A DNA stretch of 64,000 nucleotides. It comes from Octopus vulgaris (taxonomy: Eukaryota). Position numbers and translations under genes: made by a program. The notes beneath the pieces are model-generated. The model did no database searches, had not been told where the DNA came from, and saw only the letters and a list, made by a program, of their open reading frames with translations. Within the stretch, counting starts at the first letter, position 1; the number at the start of each line of letters is the position of its first letter. Shown piece after piece: positions 24,310 to 38,552 of this stretch. The stretch is from assembly GCA_951406725.2 (NCBI GenBank), contig OX597816.1:72354001-72418000 (forward strand), in the 5' to 3' direction.

Positions 24310-24780
24310 GAATAATAAAGGCGGCGAGCTGGCAGAAACGTTAGCACGCTGGGCGAAATGCTTATTGGTATTTCGTCTGCCTTTACGTTCTGAGTTCAAA
24401 TTCCGCACAGGTCGACTTTGCCTCTCATCCTTTCGGGGTCGATAAATTAAGTACCAGATACACACTGGGGTCGATGTAATCGACTTAATCCCTTTGTCTG
24501 TCCTTGTTTGTTCCCTCTATGTTTAGCCCTTTGTGAGCAATAAAATTAAAAAATAAATTATAAAAGAATAGTGGCGAACTGGTAGAATCGTTAGAGCCCC
24601 AGGCAAAGTGCTAAGCAGTATTTCTTTCGCTTGTTTACGTTCGGAGTTCGAATATAGGTGAGGTCAGCATTACCTTTCATCCTTTCGAGATCGATAAAAT
24701 AAGTATCAGTCGAACACTGGGTTAATTACCTCGAATTTCCCTTCCCCATAAAAATGCTGACAGCGTGCTAAAATTCGAAA
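23910..24780 (+). mobile_element. cluster of family A and B SINEs
   Basis: Family A at 23910-24110, 24319-24545 and 24570-24780; family B tail at 24128-24250. Confidence 0.8.
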
Positions 24781-25259
24781 AATATGTTAGCATCAACAGT
24801 ACTTGAACTCAGAAAGTAAAGAACCAGAACACATACCACAAAACATAACCCCACCTCCAACGCTTCTAACGCTGCCTTAAATGTACGAATTAATACAAAC
24901 CATTTCCTCGCTAATATGGCAAGTCACAGACTGGCTATGTTTCGCTGACGAGCCTTTGAAGAACGAATTGTCTATCATGCATGCCGACGAAAAAAAAAAT
25001 TCATACCGTTCATTAACTATTAGTTTTAATTAAATTATATGGGTAAATGTATATTAATTATTAACTAATTTAATTGCTGTATAAATTTTTTTTACTCCAG
25101 ACTACTGCTGTAGTCTCGTGTCATAACTTTCCCAGTTAAAAAAAAAAAAAAAAAAAACGAAACAGATTACCAAATGCAATTATTCCGATACGAATTTTAG
25201 TTTAAATGTGTTTGAATGTTAAATTAATTATTTAATGATCTAATTATTATGTATTTACA

Positions 25260-25310
<51 letters not shown>

Positions 25311-25794
25311 GTCATCATCATCACCACTACCACCACCTCGTACTTTTTGAATGACTGATTTCGTTCTTCCTATAACCAATGACTTGCATAGCATATGACA
25401 TGCTGGATATGACTGAATCGCATAATTAATATTCAAATAACCCGCTGAAAACGAAAAGAAGAAAGAAGAAAGAAAATGATGTTGCATAAATTTTAGAAAA
25501 AAATAGCAATATCGGATTACCTAGCTTTCTTATTCTCTGAGTTACAATTGTAGAATAAGACGGCACGCTAGCACGACAGACAAAATGTATAGCAGAATTT
25601 TTTTACGTCTCTTTACGTTCCAAGTTCAAATCTCACCGAAGTTAACTATGCTTTTCATAACTTCGGGGTGAATAAAATAAAGTATTAGTTAAATTCTGGG
25701 TCGTTGTAATCGACCAGCACCTTTCTCTTAAAATTGCTAGCTTTGAAACCTGCAACGGACCGCCGTGATCTCAGTCATCTATACGACATAGATA

Positions 25795-26026
25795 GGCGGC
25801 GAGCTAGCAGAAACGTTAGCACGCAGGGCGAAATGCGTAGCCGTACTTCGTCTGCCGTTGCGTTCCGAGTTCAAATTCCGACGAGGTCGACTTTTGCCTG
25901 TCATCCTTTCGGGGTCGATAAATTAAGTACCAGTTACGCACTGGGGTCGATATAATCGACTTAATCCCTTTGTCTGTCCTTGTTTGTCCCCTCTGTGTTT
26001 AGCCCCTTGTGGGTAGTAAAGAAATA
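25795..26026 (+). mobile_element. SINE family A with TSD
   Basis: Flanked by CATCTATACGACAT (25776-25789) and CATCTATACGGCAT (26027-26040). Confidence 0.9.
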
Positions 26027-27023
26027 CATCTATACGGCATCGATAACCGCTAACTGGTTAACCAGCTTTATGAGTCCTGGGCTGAAGTAAAAAATGTTGA
26101 GTGGATATTTAAATCATCAAGCGAGTAAATCAGAGACAAAGGTAAAAAAAAAAGCCAGAAAAGAAAAGCAATTGGTTTTTTATGGGTGATCGGGAAGTGT
26201 AATACTCAAGCAAACTCAAGTGATTTCTGTATTATTTCTGTTGTTAGGGTTAGGATTAGCGCCTGAAATCTGTTAACAAATTTGCCCTATTCCTCTCGGT
26301 TTTGGGGACTCTTTATGAATCTGGGCTCTGATCGATTCGGTATATAATTGGATATTGGTACATGAGTGTAGCTTCGATTCAAGTGTTTCACTGGGTTTCG
26401 TAATTCTGCTGGTTTTCTTCTCCCCATTTTCAGGATATGGGTAGCGTTGATTCTGAAGGAGTTCATCGGCCCTTGACGGGTTTTCTTTTATTAATCCTTC
26501 TGGGTAACTCGCATACTCTCCTCACTGGACAAGTTCGGTAAGGGCGGGAACCAGTTAAGCCTCCAACTACTTCACCACGAACAGGTAGGACTAAATGACA
26601 TGGTCACGGGTAGCAGGTTTCTACCAAACTCGTGAATTATTAGACAGAAGAAAAAAAATATCAAAACAGCAAGAATCAAAGACAGAAGGGAATTGGGGTG
26701 GGTGAGAAATATATGAAATGATGGAGAAATGGTAAAGGGAAAGAGAATGAAAAAGGGATGGTATTGGGGGAAGACATCATTCACGGTGGTTTGTGTCTGG
26801 GAAGGAGGTTGCTATGAGTACAACTTGAGAGGCTGTCGAGTAGCTCCAGTTGTTCATAGTTCATATACTGTCCCCTCAGTACCTCTCCCAGTGCCCCCTC
26901 AATTCCTTTTCCATTGCCCCCCAGTCTCGTCACTCGTCCAGAGGTGGCGCTACTTGAACAACACTTCATCATCAGGCTTTACTTGTTGTAATCTGGTTAT
27001 TATAATGACGCTGTTGACACTCA

Positions 27024-27084
<61 letters not shown>

Positions 27085-27206
27085 GCGCGCGCGCTTACAA
27101 ATATAAACATATATAAATGAATACACATACAAACACGTGTACATTCACCGTCATATTCATGAATACATAAAAGCTCATTCCATGTACAACATTATACATA
27201 CAAACA

Positions 27207-27251
<45 letters not shown>

Positions 27252-27446
27252 GCATTCACGTAGACGTACTTCAATGTTTGCGCCTCTCACTCCGCTTCAC
27301 ATGCACGCACGCGCACAAATACAAATGTACACACATGGATACATATATACTTGCACATACACACTCGCATTTTCTCCCTCCCCTCTCTCTACTCACATCA
27401 TGCATACACTCATCTATATAAATACATAATGTAAATGTCTTTTGTG

Positions 27447-27543
<97 letters not shown>

Positions 27544-27831
27544 TTCACGCGCGCACTTTAGCCCAACATGTGGTCCTGCGCTGGTGAAGTATCGTCTCGC
27601 CTCCTGTTGACTCCGTATGTCACCTTAAATTTCTCCTCAAATCCCTACCATTCACTCGCTTTTTTGCCTCGTCTCCCGCTCTCTTCTTCTTCTTCTTCTT
27701 CTTCTTCTTCTTCTTCTTCTTCTTCTTCTTCTTCTTCTTCTTCTTCTTCTCAGCTTTGATTTCGTCTTCTTCGTCCTAGTTCTTTACCTACCGCCACCAG
27801 CACCACCACAACAACAACAACAACAACCACA

Positions 27832-27887
<56 letters not shown>

Positions 27888-27976
27888 AATATTTTCCCTT
27901 TTTTCATAAGAACGACGACTGAGAGTCCCCACCAACGTTGTAATTATTCAATCCTCTATGCAATCATGAGCACCCT

Positions 27977-28014
<38 letters not shown>

Positions 28015-28429
28015 GACACTCGCCAAAAATAAGAAATAGGAACCTCTACACAAAGTTTGTGATTATGTAACTACAAATGAGGGAAAAAAATTAAATAGGT
28101 AATTTTACAACAAAAAAAGAAAGAAAAGAAAAAAAAGAGAATGCGAATAATAATAAAAAAAACATTAGTATATAGAAGTTTTTAGAATTTTAATTATATC
28201 AATTCTATGCATTTCTTCTCATAATCCGTTAATTTCAATTTCTAATTTCTGTTCCCACCAAATATTATGAAGAACTGTTTATCTCCCTTGTCATAGCTGC
28301 GACCATAAGGGGAACCATGTGAATATTCATATCATTAATCCTTGATAATACTAACATTTTTATGTTACAAGTTGCATCGCAATAACTTAATATCAATTCA
28401 TAGAAAAAGCCCTCTTTTTTTTCTCTCAC

Positions 28430-28709
<280 letters not shown>

Positions 28710-28710
28710 A

Positions 28711-29960
28711 CAGGGTGCGATGAATAAATTGTCGTCTAAATTACGCAAAAATGAAAATAACACTGACATCTCATTTTAACAGATATATGTACCAAAATTA
28801 CATAAATATATATCTTCAAATACTAATGATTAAATTAATTCACAAAAATCGCCTTTGGTTTCAACCATGAGCTCCAGACGACTTTAGAATCTCCTGCAAC
28901 TCTTCTAGACAGCCTCCTCGTTTAAGTTGGTCAATGCTGCCATAATCCTTGCCTACTGTTCGTCTTTGGTTTTACAAGGAGTTTTGTTGGTCTCTTGCTC
29001 AACTGTGCCCCACACGTAATAATCAAGGGGGTAGCAGTCTGGGCAGTTAGGTGGCCAGTTGTTAGTAGTGATGTGGTCGCAGAAATTGTCTGGGTTCTCT
29101 GGCTTGTGTGACATAAGTGCAGAGTCCTGTTGCCAGACATAGTGTCTTCAAGCAGCCACCCTCTTCACCCAGGGCAGCACTACCTCCCCCAGGTACTTGA
29201 TGTAGGCTTCCGTGTTGAGTCTGAGGCCATATAAGATGACTGGAAGCATAACGTTGCCATCACTAGTGTTCACTCTAAACACCATGATGCTGATTGGATG
29301 TTTGATTTTTATCACTCTCGATACATGTTTTGGGGACACGGCAAGCCAACGGTTGTTCTATGAATTCACCTATTCATACTGGTAGAAAATTTTCTCGTCT
29401 GAGAAAAACCAAAGCATGTTCTGTTGGAGGGAATACTTGAGTTTGTCCAAAAGCTTTGTAGCGAGGTCTTTCCTCTTGTCCTTGATGACTTGGGATAAAA
29501 ATTGGCCCTTTCTTATCTTTTATGACGAATATCGAATGTCTTCATGTACTACCTGCTGTTAGAAAATTCAAACACTTCCATGTCCTTGGCGATGGACCTG
29601 ATTGACTTGGAGGGTTGTTGTCAATTATGGCCTGGATCTCAACAACAAATTCAGGAGTTCTTTTCTAGTCAGAATGATCAGAGTGAGTTTTCCGAGCTGC
29701 TGCACCTTCGTAAACACCATTAGACTCATCCAGCTCTTTCTGAATCCTCTGCACAATCTGAAATGTTCGTATTGGAACTTCTGGCGTGAGTGCCAAGCAG
29801 TACAGCATGTCGTTTCCAATTTTCTGACTGAGTGAATTGCGTCATGGCGCCGTTTTTCTCACAGAAGGTGCCCGTCTGACCCTACTATACAAAAACGAAC
29901 AATGCACATGCGCAAAATTAAAAATATGAAATGGCGACAATAGTTACCTTACACAATTGA
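28711..29960 (-). mobile_element. Tc1/mariner-superfamily transposon relic (maT/DD37D-like), transposase pseudogene ~29845-28830
   Basis: Minus-strand motifs LWFFSDEK, VWQQDSA and WPPNCPDCYPLDYYVWGTVEQET with frameshifts. TA-CAGGGTGCGATGAATAAATTGTCG terminus; the other TIR is decayed (GCGACAAT near 29934). Confidence 0.85.
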
Positions 29961-30214
29961 TACAGTGTGGAATCTGCTGTTAAATACGCATCGCGTTGCT
30001 ACGAAGTATTACATAATGAACAAAATGGTGATTATCTCCACACTCATCTGATCTAACCCTCTGCAACTTCGGTCTTGTTCCCTCCTCCAAATGAAAATCG
30101 TAGACGGTATTGTTCAGCTTCTAAAAAGAAGACTTTGGCAGTGCTTTAGTGACGTTAAGTTATCAAGTGTACTATTTCGAAAGAGAAAGTGTATGAATTG
30201 AAATAATAATTGTC

Positions 30215-31470
30215 GGTTTAAGCACAAATGCAGTAATTTTTAAGGAGAGAGAATCAGTCAGTATTATCAACTTTAGTACTTGAGTGATACTTTATTTTAA
30301 TTACTCCGAAAGGATGAAAGGTAAACAAACATCGGCATATCCTTTTTAATTTTGGTATAAGGCCAGCAATTTGGCCTTATGCCATGAAATAACTACGAAT
30401 CAAGGATTGGCATCAATGTAATCGATATGCTTTGTACCAAATTTCGAAACCTTATATAAAGAATTCGATATTAGTAAAAAAAGTTCGTTAATCTTATTTT
30501 TATTATCAGATGACAGACAAAGGCGGCGAGCTAAAAAAATCGTCAGTATGCCGGACAAAATGCTTAGCAGTTGTTCATTAGTCTTTGTGTTCTGAGTTCA
30601 AGTGTTAAGTCGAATTTGCGTTTCATCCTCCCGGGTTCGATAAAATGAACATCAGTCAAGTAATGTGGTCGATATAATAATGGATTAGCTTTCTCCGTTG
30701 AATTTCAGGTTTTGTGCCACGAGTGGAGAGGATTATCACATGGTGGACAAATGCAGAATCATTAAGGTGTTGGACAAAGTCTTGCAATATTTAGTTACAT
30801 CCTATTTATATTGGTTTCAAATTTTGGCGCAAGGCCAGCAGGTTTATGGGCGGGGATAAGTTGATTACATCAACCCCAGCGTTCAATTAGTACTTATTCT
30901 ATCGACCCCGTAAAGAACAAAGGTAAAGTTGACCCCGGTGGCATTTGAACTCAGAACGTACAGTCAGAAGAAATGCTGCTAAGCATTTTCCCCGGCACGA
31001 TAACGACTCTGCCAGCTCGCTGCCTCATCCTATTTACTGTATTTTAACTTGTATAAGGAACCCTTTTTGTCAAAAATTAGGTTAAAAACATATGGATAGT
31101 ATCATAATCTCTAACAAAACCTGTTTTCCAAATTTGAAATCCCCAAAATTAGGGTGTTCCTTATTACACGTTAAAATACGACATATTAAATTCTGATTTC
31201 AAATCCTAGCGAAGTCAACTTTGCTTTTAATCCTTCTGCGGTTATAAAACACATTACCAATTACTACCAGTGTTGTTGGTATACGTCATGTACACAAGGC
31301 AGCGAGATGGTAGAATGGTCAGCACGTAGAGCAAAATGCTTACGTTCTGAGTTCAAATTTCGCCGAGGTCGACTTTACCTTTCCTCCTTTCGAAGCACTA
31401 GAGAGGGCGTTCGATGTAACCGACTTATCCCTTCCCCCGAAATTGCTGGCTTTGTGCCAAAACTTGAAAC
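30215..31470. mobile_element. decayed family A SINE cluster, both strands
   Basis: Recognisable heads and bodies at 30520-30735(+), 30810-31025(-) and 31297-31470(+). Confidence 0.7.
31037..31181. mobile_element. pogo/Tigger-like MITE
   Basis: Imperfect TIRs TGTATTTTAACTTGTATAAGGAA and TTCCTTATTACACGTTAAAATACG, with TA at the left end. Confidence 0.6.
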
Positions 31471-32762
31471 CCATATAGATCATGTACTAGGATAAATATA
31501 ATTCCCTATTCTTTCCTTCCTCCCCAAACTTCTAGCCTTCAGTCTGTTTATGTGATCATTGCTATTGTTACAATGATCCCCTCTTCCGCCGCCCTTGTGG
31601 CAAATAAAAGAACTGGTTGTCTTCATCACTGTTACTGTTTTTTTCAATGTTTTATTCTTATCATTGTCATATTGTTGCTGTGATATATTAGTTTTGTAAA
31701 TTTTAATGATTGTTCAATACCATATTAGTGTTATCATAGCTAATTTTGTTGTTGTAGTTCTTGTTGCTGCCACCTTTATTCTCGCCGTCTTTTGTGTCCC
31801 TTTCTTGCCGTCGCCGTCGTCGGCATCGCTGTTATTGTCGTAGTATCATTGTCATCGCTGTTGTCGTTGTTCTTATTATTTTCGTTGTCATTGCTGCTGC
31901 CGTTGTTATTGTCTTTCTTGTTGTTGTTGTTGTTGTTGTTGATGTATTATTTTCGTTACATTTATTATGATCATTTAATTATGTTATTAATGCTATCATT
32001 CCAATCCCCGCACCTTCTCACCCCACTGCTCCTCTCTCTTCTCCGCCATCTTCGTCGTGCCCTTGTAGTTGAAAACCTTGCTCATGTTGTTGTTGTTGTT
32101 GTTGTTATTGTCGCCGTTATCGTTGTATTATTGCTGACATGTTGTGTATTGCCTCTTAACACATTCTATTTATTTAGCTCCATTCAGTTTTCTATTGTGT
32201 AGTTAAAAATGTAGCAGGCAAGGGCGGGAACAGAGCGTCGAGCCATGTATGTATGTATGTATGTATGTATGTATGTATGTATGTATGTATGTATGTATGT
32301 ATGTGTGTATGTATGTATGTATGTATGTATGTATGTATGTATGTATGTATGTATGTATGGAGAGTGTAGTGGGGGAGAAGAGCAATAAGAAAGAAAGAAA
32401 AAACCCGGGAAGTAAACATATATTTACATCTCTATTATGGTCCCTGAAGGGGATCCGTCTAGCTAGAGTTAAGGGCCTGCCTGTCCCCGCACTTGAACGG
32501 AGCGTACAGTGATGTTCAGCTTTAATTTACAGCTCATTAGGCATTCATCTACTGGTGTTGAATATAATATAAGTACCCTCTCTCGAAAGACACACGGACA
32601 CACACATAAATCTCGCATACGGACATGTGTACATACACAAACACAGAAACACGCACGCGCACACATACAAGCTCATACTCAAACGAAAGACAAGCCTAAT
32701 TCTCATTATACACGCTAACGTGCATTCACAGCACGCACAGACACGCATATATATATATATAT

Positions 32763-32838
<76 letters not shown>

Positions 32839-32864
32839 GTATGCATGTTCTTATTCTTATATTT

Positions 32865-33088
32865 TTTTACTTGATTCAGTCATTTTGACTGCGGCCATGC
32901 TGGAGCACCGCCTTTAAGAGTTTTTAGTCGACGCAACTGAACCCAGGACTTATTCTTTGTAAGCCTGGTACTCATTCTATCGGTCATTTTTGCCGAGCCG
33001 CTAAGTCACAGGGACGTAAACACACCAACATCAGTTTTCAAGCGATCGTGGGGGAGACAAACACAGAAATAAAAAGATACACGCACAT

Positions 33089-33157
<69 letters not shown>

Positions 33158-33283
33158 CACACATATATGCGACGGGCTTCTTTCAGTTTCCATCTACCAA
33201 ATCAACTCACATGGCTTTGGTCGGCCTGAGGCTATAGTAGACGACACTTGCCCAAGGTGCCACGCAATGGGACTGAACCCGGA
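32865..33283 (-). mobile_element. SINE family B
   Basis: Colinear with 2778-3178; head truncated. Confidence 0.85.
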
Positions 33284-33430
33284 TCCAAGTAGTCAACGTG
33301 AAACCCGTATAAGGGAAAAATGTATAATTATTCCTTTTAAATATATATTTTGTTATATTAAGAGCATTACTACACATCAATGCCTCACGCTATGAGGGCA
33401 TATGTGTGTACGCATATATATCTATATCTA

Positions 33431-33491
<61 letters not shown>

Positions 33492-33513
33492 GCCTGCCTG
33501 CCTGCCTGTCTGC

Positions 33514-33549
<36 letters not shown>

Positions 33550-33574
33550 TATCTAACTATCTATCTATCTATTT

Positions 33575-33754
33575 AAAGGGAAAGTTTACGTAAATAAACA
33601 AAAGACGAATACAGGTGGTGTACAAAACAAACAGATGTATTAGTATAGCGCTCAGGAATAGAAAAGTCTTTTACGTTTCGAGCCTGCGCTCTTCTACAGA
33701 AAGATACACAGAAAAAAAACAAGGAGAGAAAAAATATGTGTGTAGTAGCTAACG

Positions 33755-33760
<6 letters not shown>
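33575..33760 (-). mobile_element. HHR-bearing ~190-bp repeat; HHR at 33667-33704
   Basis: Minus strand tcttt-CTGTAGA-A-GAGC-gcag-GCTC-GAAA-CG-TA-aaaga; highly similar to 45306-45495. Confidence 0.75.
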
Positions 33761-33848
<88 letters not shown>

Positions 33849-33874
33849 ATATATATACTCTTTACTCTTTTACT

Positions 33875-34292
33875 CTTTTACTTGTTTCAGTCATTTGACT
33901 GCGACCATGCTGGAGCACCGCCTTTAGTCGAGCAAATCGACCCCGGAACTTATTCTTTGTAAGCCCAGCACTTATTCTATCGGTCTCTTTTGCCGAACCG
34001 CTAAGTGACGGGGACGTAAACACACCAGCATCGGTTGTCAAGCAATGCTAGGGGGACAAACACAGACACACAAACATACACACACACACTTATATAAATA
34101 TACATATATACGACAGGCTTCTTTCAGTTTCCGTCTACCAAATCCACTCACAAGGCATTGGTCAGCCCAGGGCTATAGCAGAAGACACTTGCCCAAGATG
34201 CCACGCAGTGGGACTGAACCCGGAACCATGTGGTTGGTTAGCAAGCTACTTAGCACACAGCCACTCCTGCGCCTATAGCCACTCCTGCGCCT
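33875..34292 (-). mobile_element. SINE family B full-length with duplicated 5' end
   Basis: Complete copy; AGCCACTCCTGCGCCTAT is repeated twice at 34259-34294. Confidence 0.9.
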
Positions 34293-34550
34293 ATATATAT
34301 ATATATATATATATTAGTTCAAAGTGTAGTAAGGTGGGGAAACAACATGCAGCTTGATGCTCGGCAAGAATGGAAAAGTCTTTGACGTTTTGTGCCTACG
34401 ATCTTCCGTATAAAAGATTGAGAGAGGAAACAGAGAGAAAAATGTTTTGGGATTAAGTGTTTAACAAGATGAAAAATATACATATGTGTATGTGTGTGTC
34501 TGTGTGTGTGTATATATATATATATGTGTGTGTGTGTGTAAGTGTGTGTG

Positions 34551-34845
34551 AAGGCGCGTGGCTTAGTGGTTAGGGCATTCGGCTCACGATCGTAAGGTCG
34601 TGAGTTCAATTTCCGGCAACATTTTATTTCACTTTGCTTCAGCAGGCAAATATGAGTCTTACCTGTATTTCAAAAGGCCAGCCTTGTCACACTCTGTGTC
34701 ACACTGAATCTGCCTGAGAACTACGTTAAGGGTACACGTGTCTGTGGAGTGCTCAGCCACTTGCACGTTAGTTTCACGAGCAGGCTGATCCGTTTGATCG
34801 TCTCAGCTTGGACCCTCATCGTCGTAACCGACGGAGTACTCCTTA
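34551..34845 (+). mobile_element. tRNA-derived SINE family D
   Basis: GGCGCGTGGCTTAGTGGTTAGGGCATTCGGCTCACGATCGT head; related head at 49470-49805. Confidence 0.75.
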
Positions 34846-34848
34846 ATA

Positions 34849-34879
<31 letters not shown>

Positions 34880-34880
<1 letters not shown>

Positions 34881-35075
34881 GGTTAATCCAAACGGGAAAA
34901 CAGAAAAAACAACAACACGTGGAACAATTACAGTATTATTATTATTAGGCGCTCAGGAAAATGGAAGAAGGATGGTATGACGTTTCGAGCGGAGCTCTTC
35001 GTCGGAAACATAGGAGAAAGATCCCGAGACGGGAGGACAGAGGAAAAAATTGCAGGTAGTCTTCACGAGGTCACA
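34880..35075 (-). mobile_element. HHR-bearing short repeat; HHR at 34974-35010
   Basis: Minus strand tgttt-CCGACGA-A-GAGC-tcc-GCTC-GAAA-CG-TC-atacc; colinear with 21130-21340; abuts (TA)n. Confidence 0.7.
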
Positions 35076-35431
35076 TACTGAAAAGACGGAAGTTGTAAAA
35101 AGGAGGAAAATGTTTTTTAAAAACAGGAGAGCTGAATCAAAGAGGGAATGGTAAAAAAGGTGTGCGAGAAAACGAGGGTGTGTGTATGTGTGTGTGCGTG
35201 TGTGTGTTTGTGTGTGTATGGTGGACAGTGGCTAGTAGCAGGCAGTAGTAGAGTTAAAGGAGTGTGTGGGGGTACCCTAGCAAGTGAGAAAGGCAGGTCA
35301 GAAACAGGGAGGTATGTGTGTGTGCGTGTGTATGTATGTGTGAGTGTGTGCGTGTGCGTGTGTGTATGTGTGTGTGAGGCGAGATAAAAAAAAACAAAAA
35401 ATATGTATATGTTAGTGCGTGCAGGGCGCGC

Positions 35432-35466
<35 letters not shown>

Positions 35467-35544
35467 TGTGTATGTGTGTGCGTGCGTGCGTACGTGTATT
35501 TATCATTGTGTTTATATTTGTCTCCCACATTCACCGCTTAACTA

Positions 35545-35852
35545 CCGATATAATAAGTTTGTTCCTTCTCGAGCCATGCCTGGCTCATTAGGGCCGGTTT
35601 CCCGGTTTCCTTGGCGTATAGGTTCCCTACCTGGACGGGACGCCAGTCCGTCGCAGGTGAGCTGCAAGAGGAAAGAGTGAGTGAATGTTGTGACAAAAGA
35701 GTCAGCAGAAGTTCGCCATTACTTTCTACCGGAGCCGCGTGGAGCTTAGGTGTTTCACTCATAAATACACACACATCGCCCGGTCTGAGATTCGAACCCG
35801 CGATCCCTCGACCGCGAGTCTGCTGCTCTAACCACTAGGCCATGTGCCTCCA
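35545..35852 (-). mobile_element. SINE family C-related copy with a different tail
   Basis: Head GGAGGCACATGGCCTAGTGGTTAGAGCAGCAGACTCGCGG and tail CCTGCGACGGACTGGCGTCCCGTCCAGG...GAAACCGG. Confidence 0.8.
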
Positions 35853-36404
35853 CGACATAATAAGTACCAGGTTTTAAAAAAATATGTACTTCTTGGGATG
35901 GGATTTATTCGTCGCCTAAAACTTACCTAGACAGTGCCCCAGCAAGGCCGCAGTCCAATATCAGAAAGCAAAAAGCTAAAAGAAAAAAAAGCAAATAAAA
36001 AAACATCCCAAACAACCCGACAGACACCCAACCTCCCAAGAAAGTAAATACGGATTTATAACGTAAATAGTTTTGCATAAATGTTAACATAATTTACAGT
36101 AGAGGGAATCGACTAAAGAATGTACCTGATGAGAAAGAAAATGAAAGGCGAAAGGCGGTCAGGAAAGTAACACCTTCCATTAAAAGTGACACAACAGGTA
36201 TCTGTGTAAGCAGCGTTTACATGTTCTCAGCTGGTTGCTGAATACATGGCGAATATCTTCAAACAAGGAAACAAGGCGTATACGGCGAAAGGTTCTCCGA
36301 ATTAAAAGCGTATATCGCAATAATTGCAATAATTGGCTGGTTTGTAACACTCGTGTGTTACAATCACAACTCAGTGGAAAGATGGTGGCGTGGAAATGTT
36401 CAGT

Positions 36405-36451
<47 letters not shown>

Positions 36452-36548
36452 TGAGCACGTGTGTCTATATACGTATATATAAATTTGTAAGTATATATAC
36501 CACATATATGTACGTATATTCATACGTGTGTGTGTATGTATGTATATA

Positions 36549-36616
<68 letters not shown>

Positions 36617-36627
36617 CATACACACAC

Positions 36628-36674
<47 letters not shown>

Positions 36675-36735
36675 GATATACATGTATAAGTACATATACA
36701 CATACATATATGAATATATATAGACATATATATGC

Positions 36736-36767
<32 letters not shown>

Positions 36768-37109
36768 CGAGAGGGAGAGAAAGAGAAAGAGAGAGAATGA
36801 TAGCGAGAAAACGTAAATTTGACCGAATTATGTTAATCATTTTGAGTAATTTAATGTAATGGTGTGGTCAACTGTTGGTGCAGTGTTACGTTTATATGAT
36901 TTTCAGAATATAGTATGTCGACCAAATTCGATACTGGCTTTAATATACCTTTAATATACTTTAATAGCTGTTATTCTACAGCTATTCCTTTCATCATCTG
37001 ACCTTTCAAGTAGCTAATCTCAAGGGTTTCTGAAAGAGACAATCGGGCGCAGCTGTTTGGACGCTAACTAGACACTCAGACTATGTCGGAAACAGAAAGG
37101 GAAAGTGGG

Positions 37110-37188
<79 letters not shown>

Positions 37189-37463
37189 ATGGCCTAGTGG
37201 TTAGGGCAGCGGACTTGCGGTCGGAGGATCGCGGTTTCGATTCCCAGACCGGGCGTTGTGTGTGTTTATTGAGCGAAAACACCTAAAAGCTCCACGAGGC
37301 TCCGGCAGAAGGTGGTGATCCCTGCTGTACTCAAAAGGCGGTGCTCCAGCATGGCCGCAGTCAAATGACTGAAACAAGTACAAAAAAAAAAAAAAAAAAT
37401 ACATACACACACACACACACACACACAGATAGATAGATAGATAGATACATGTGTATGTATGTG

Positions 37464-37506
<43 letters not shown>

Positions 37507-37531
37507 GGAGAGAGAGAGAGATAGATACATG

Positions 37532-37562
<31 letters not shown>

Positions 37563-37612
37563 ATGTATGTATATATATATATTCTTCCTATCTGTGTATC
37601 TCTCTGTCTCTA

Positions 37613-37687
<75 letters not shown>

Positions 37688-38435
37688 CGAAGATGAAGTA
37701 AAAAAACGCTAAAAAATACAGTAAAAAGAGAAAGAAAAGTCTTTTACTTCTTGAGCATTCACTGTTCTTCTGAAAGAAAGGATAGACAAAGAAAGATGAA
37801 AAAAAAAAGAACGAGAAATAGAATGGAGTAAGGAACGGACATATTCTAATAGTCCATGTACCTTCTAAGTTCTTATTTACCATGTTTCGAGCTGAAGCTT
37901 CATGACACACTGTAAACCATTATACATTTGTTGTGTGCAATGAGATCGAGTTTCGATTCTCTATTTGAATCATCTTCACATTTATTGCTAAACCCTTTTT
38001 GGGAAAATAATAAACATCATGACTTAGAAATATTTATACCAAACTACGTAGGAGGCGAGGAATTATTTTTCTACTGATTGCAGAGGAAACGTAGAAGAAA
38101 GCTTCCTCAGTATTCTTACACATTATACTAAGTATTATATAATTCGCTAAGAGGTTGTTCGATCTCCTTTGAATAGTAATCGAATCTCCTTCAAATTACA
38201 CCTTAATGTATTTTAAAAAGGACATACCTGATCATATAATCTGGTATAAACTATGTCTGAAAACACAGAATTGGCCATGGCTAGAACAACTATAACTCTC
38301 TCTCTCTCTCTCTCTCACTCTCCTTTTTTCTCTCTATTTGTCTCTCTCTCCCTACATACATACATACATACATACATACATACATACATACATACATACA
38401 TACGTACATACATATACACATACATATATACATAC

Positions 38436-38500
<65 letters not shown>

Positions 38501-38505
38501 TATAC

Positions 38506-38550
<45 letters not shown>

Positions 38551-38552
<2 letters not shown>

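Noticed and set aside
24945-24975. CTGACGAGCC half-core (also CTGATGAGG near 47597)
   Set aside because: No properly placed stem II partner plus GAAA and stem III.
26243-26260. Telomeric TTAGGG
   Set aside because: Fewer than two full units; chance level.
35563-35612. Minus-strand CTAATGA-GCCA..TGGC hairpin resembling an HHR
   Set aside because: Lacks GAAA after stem II; it is part of a SINE tail.
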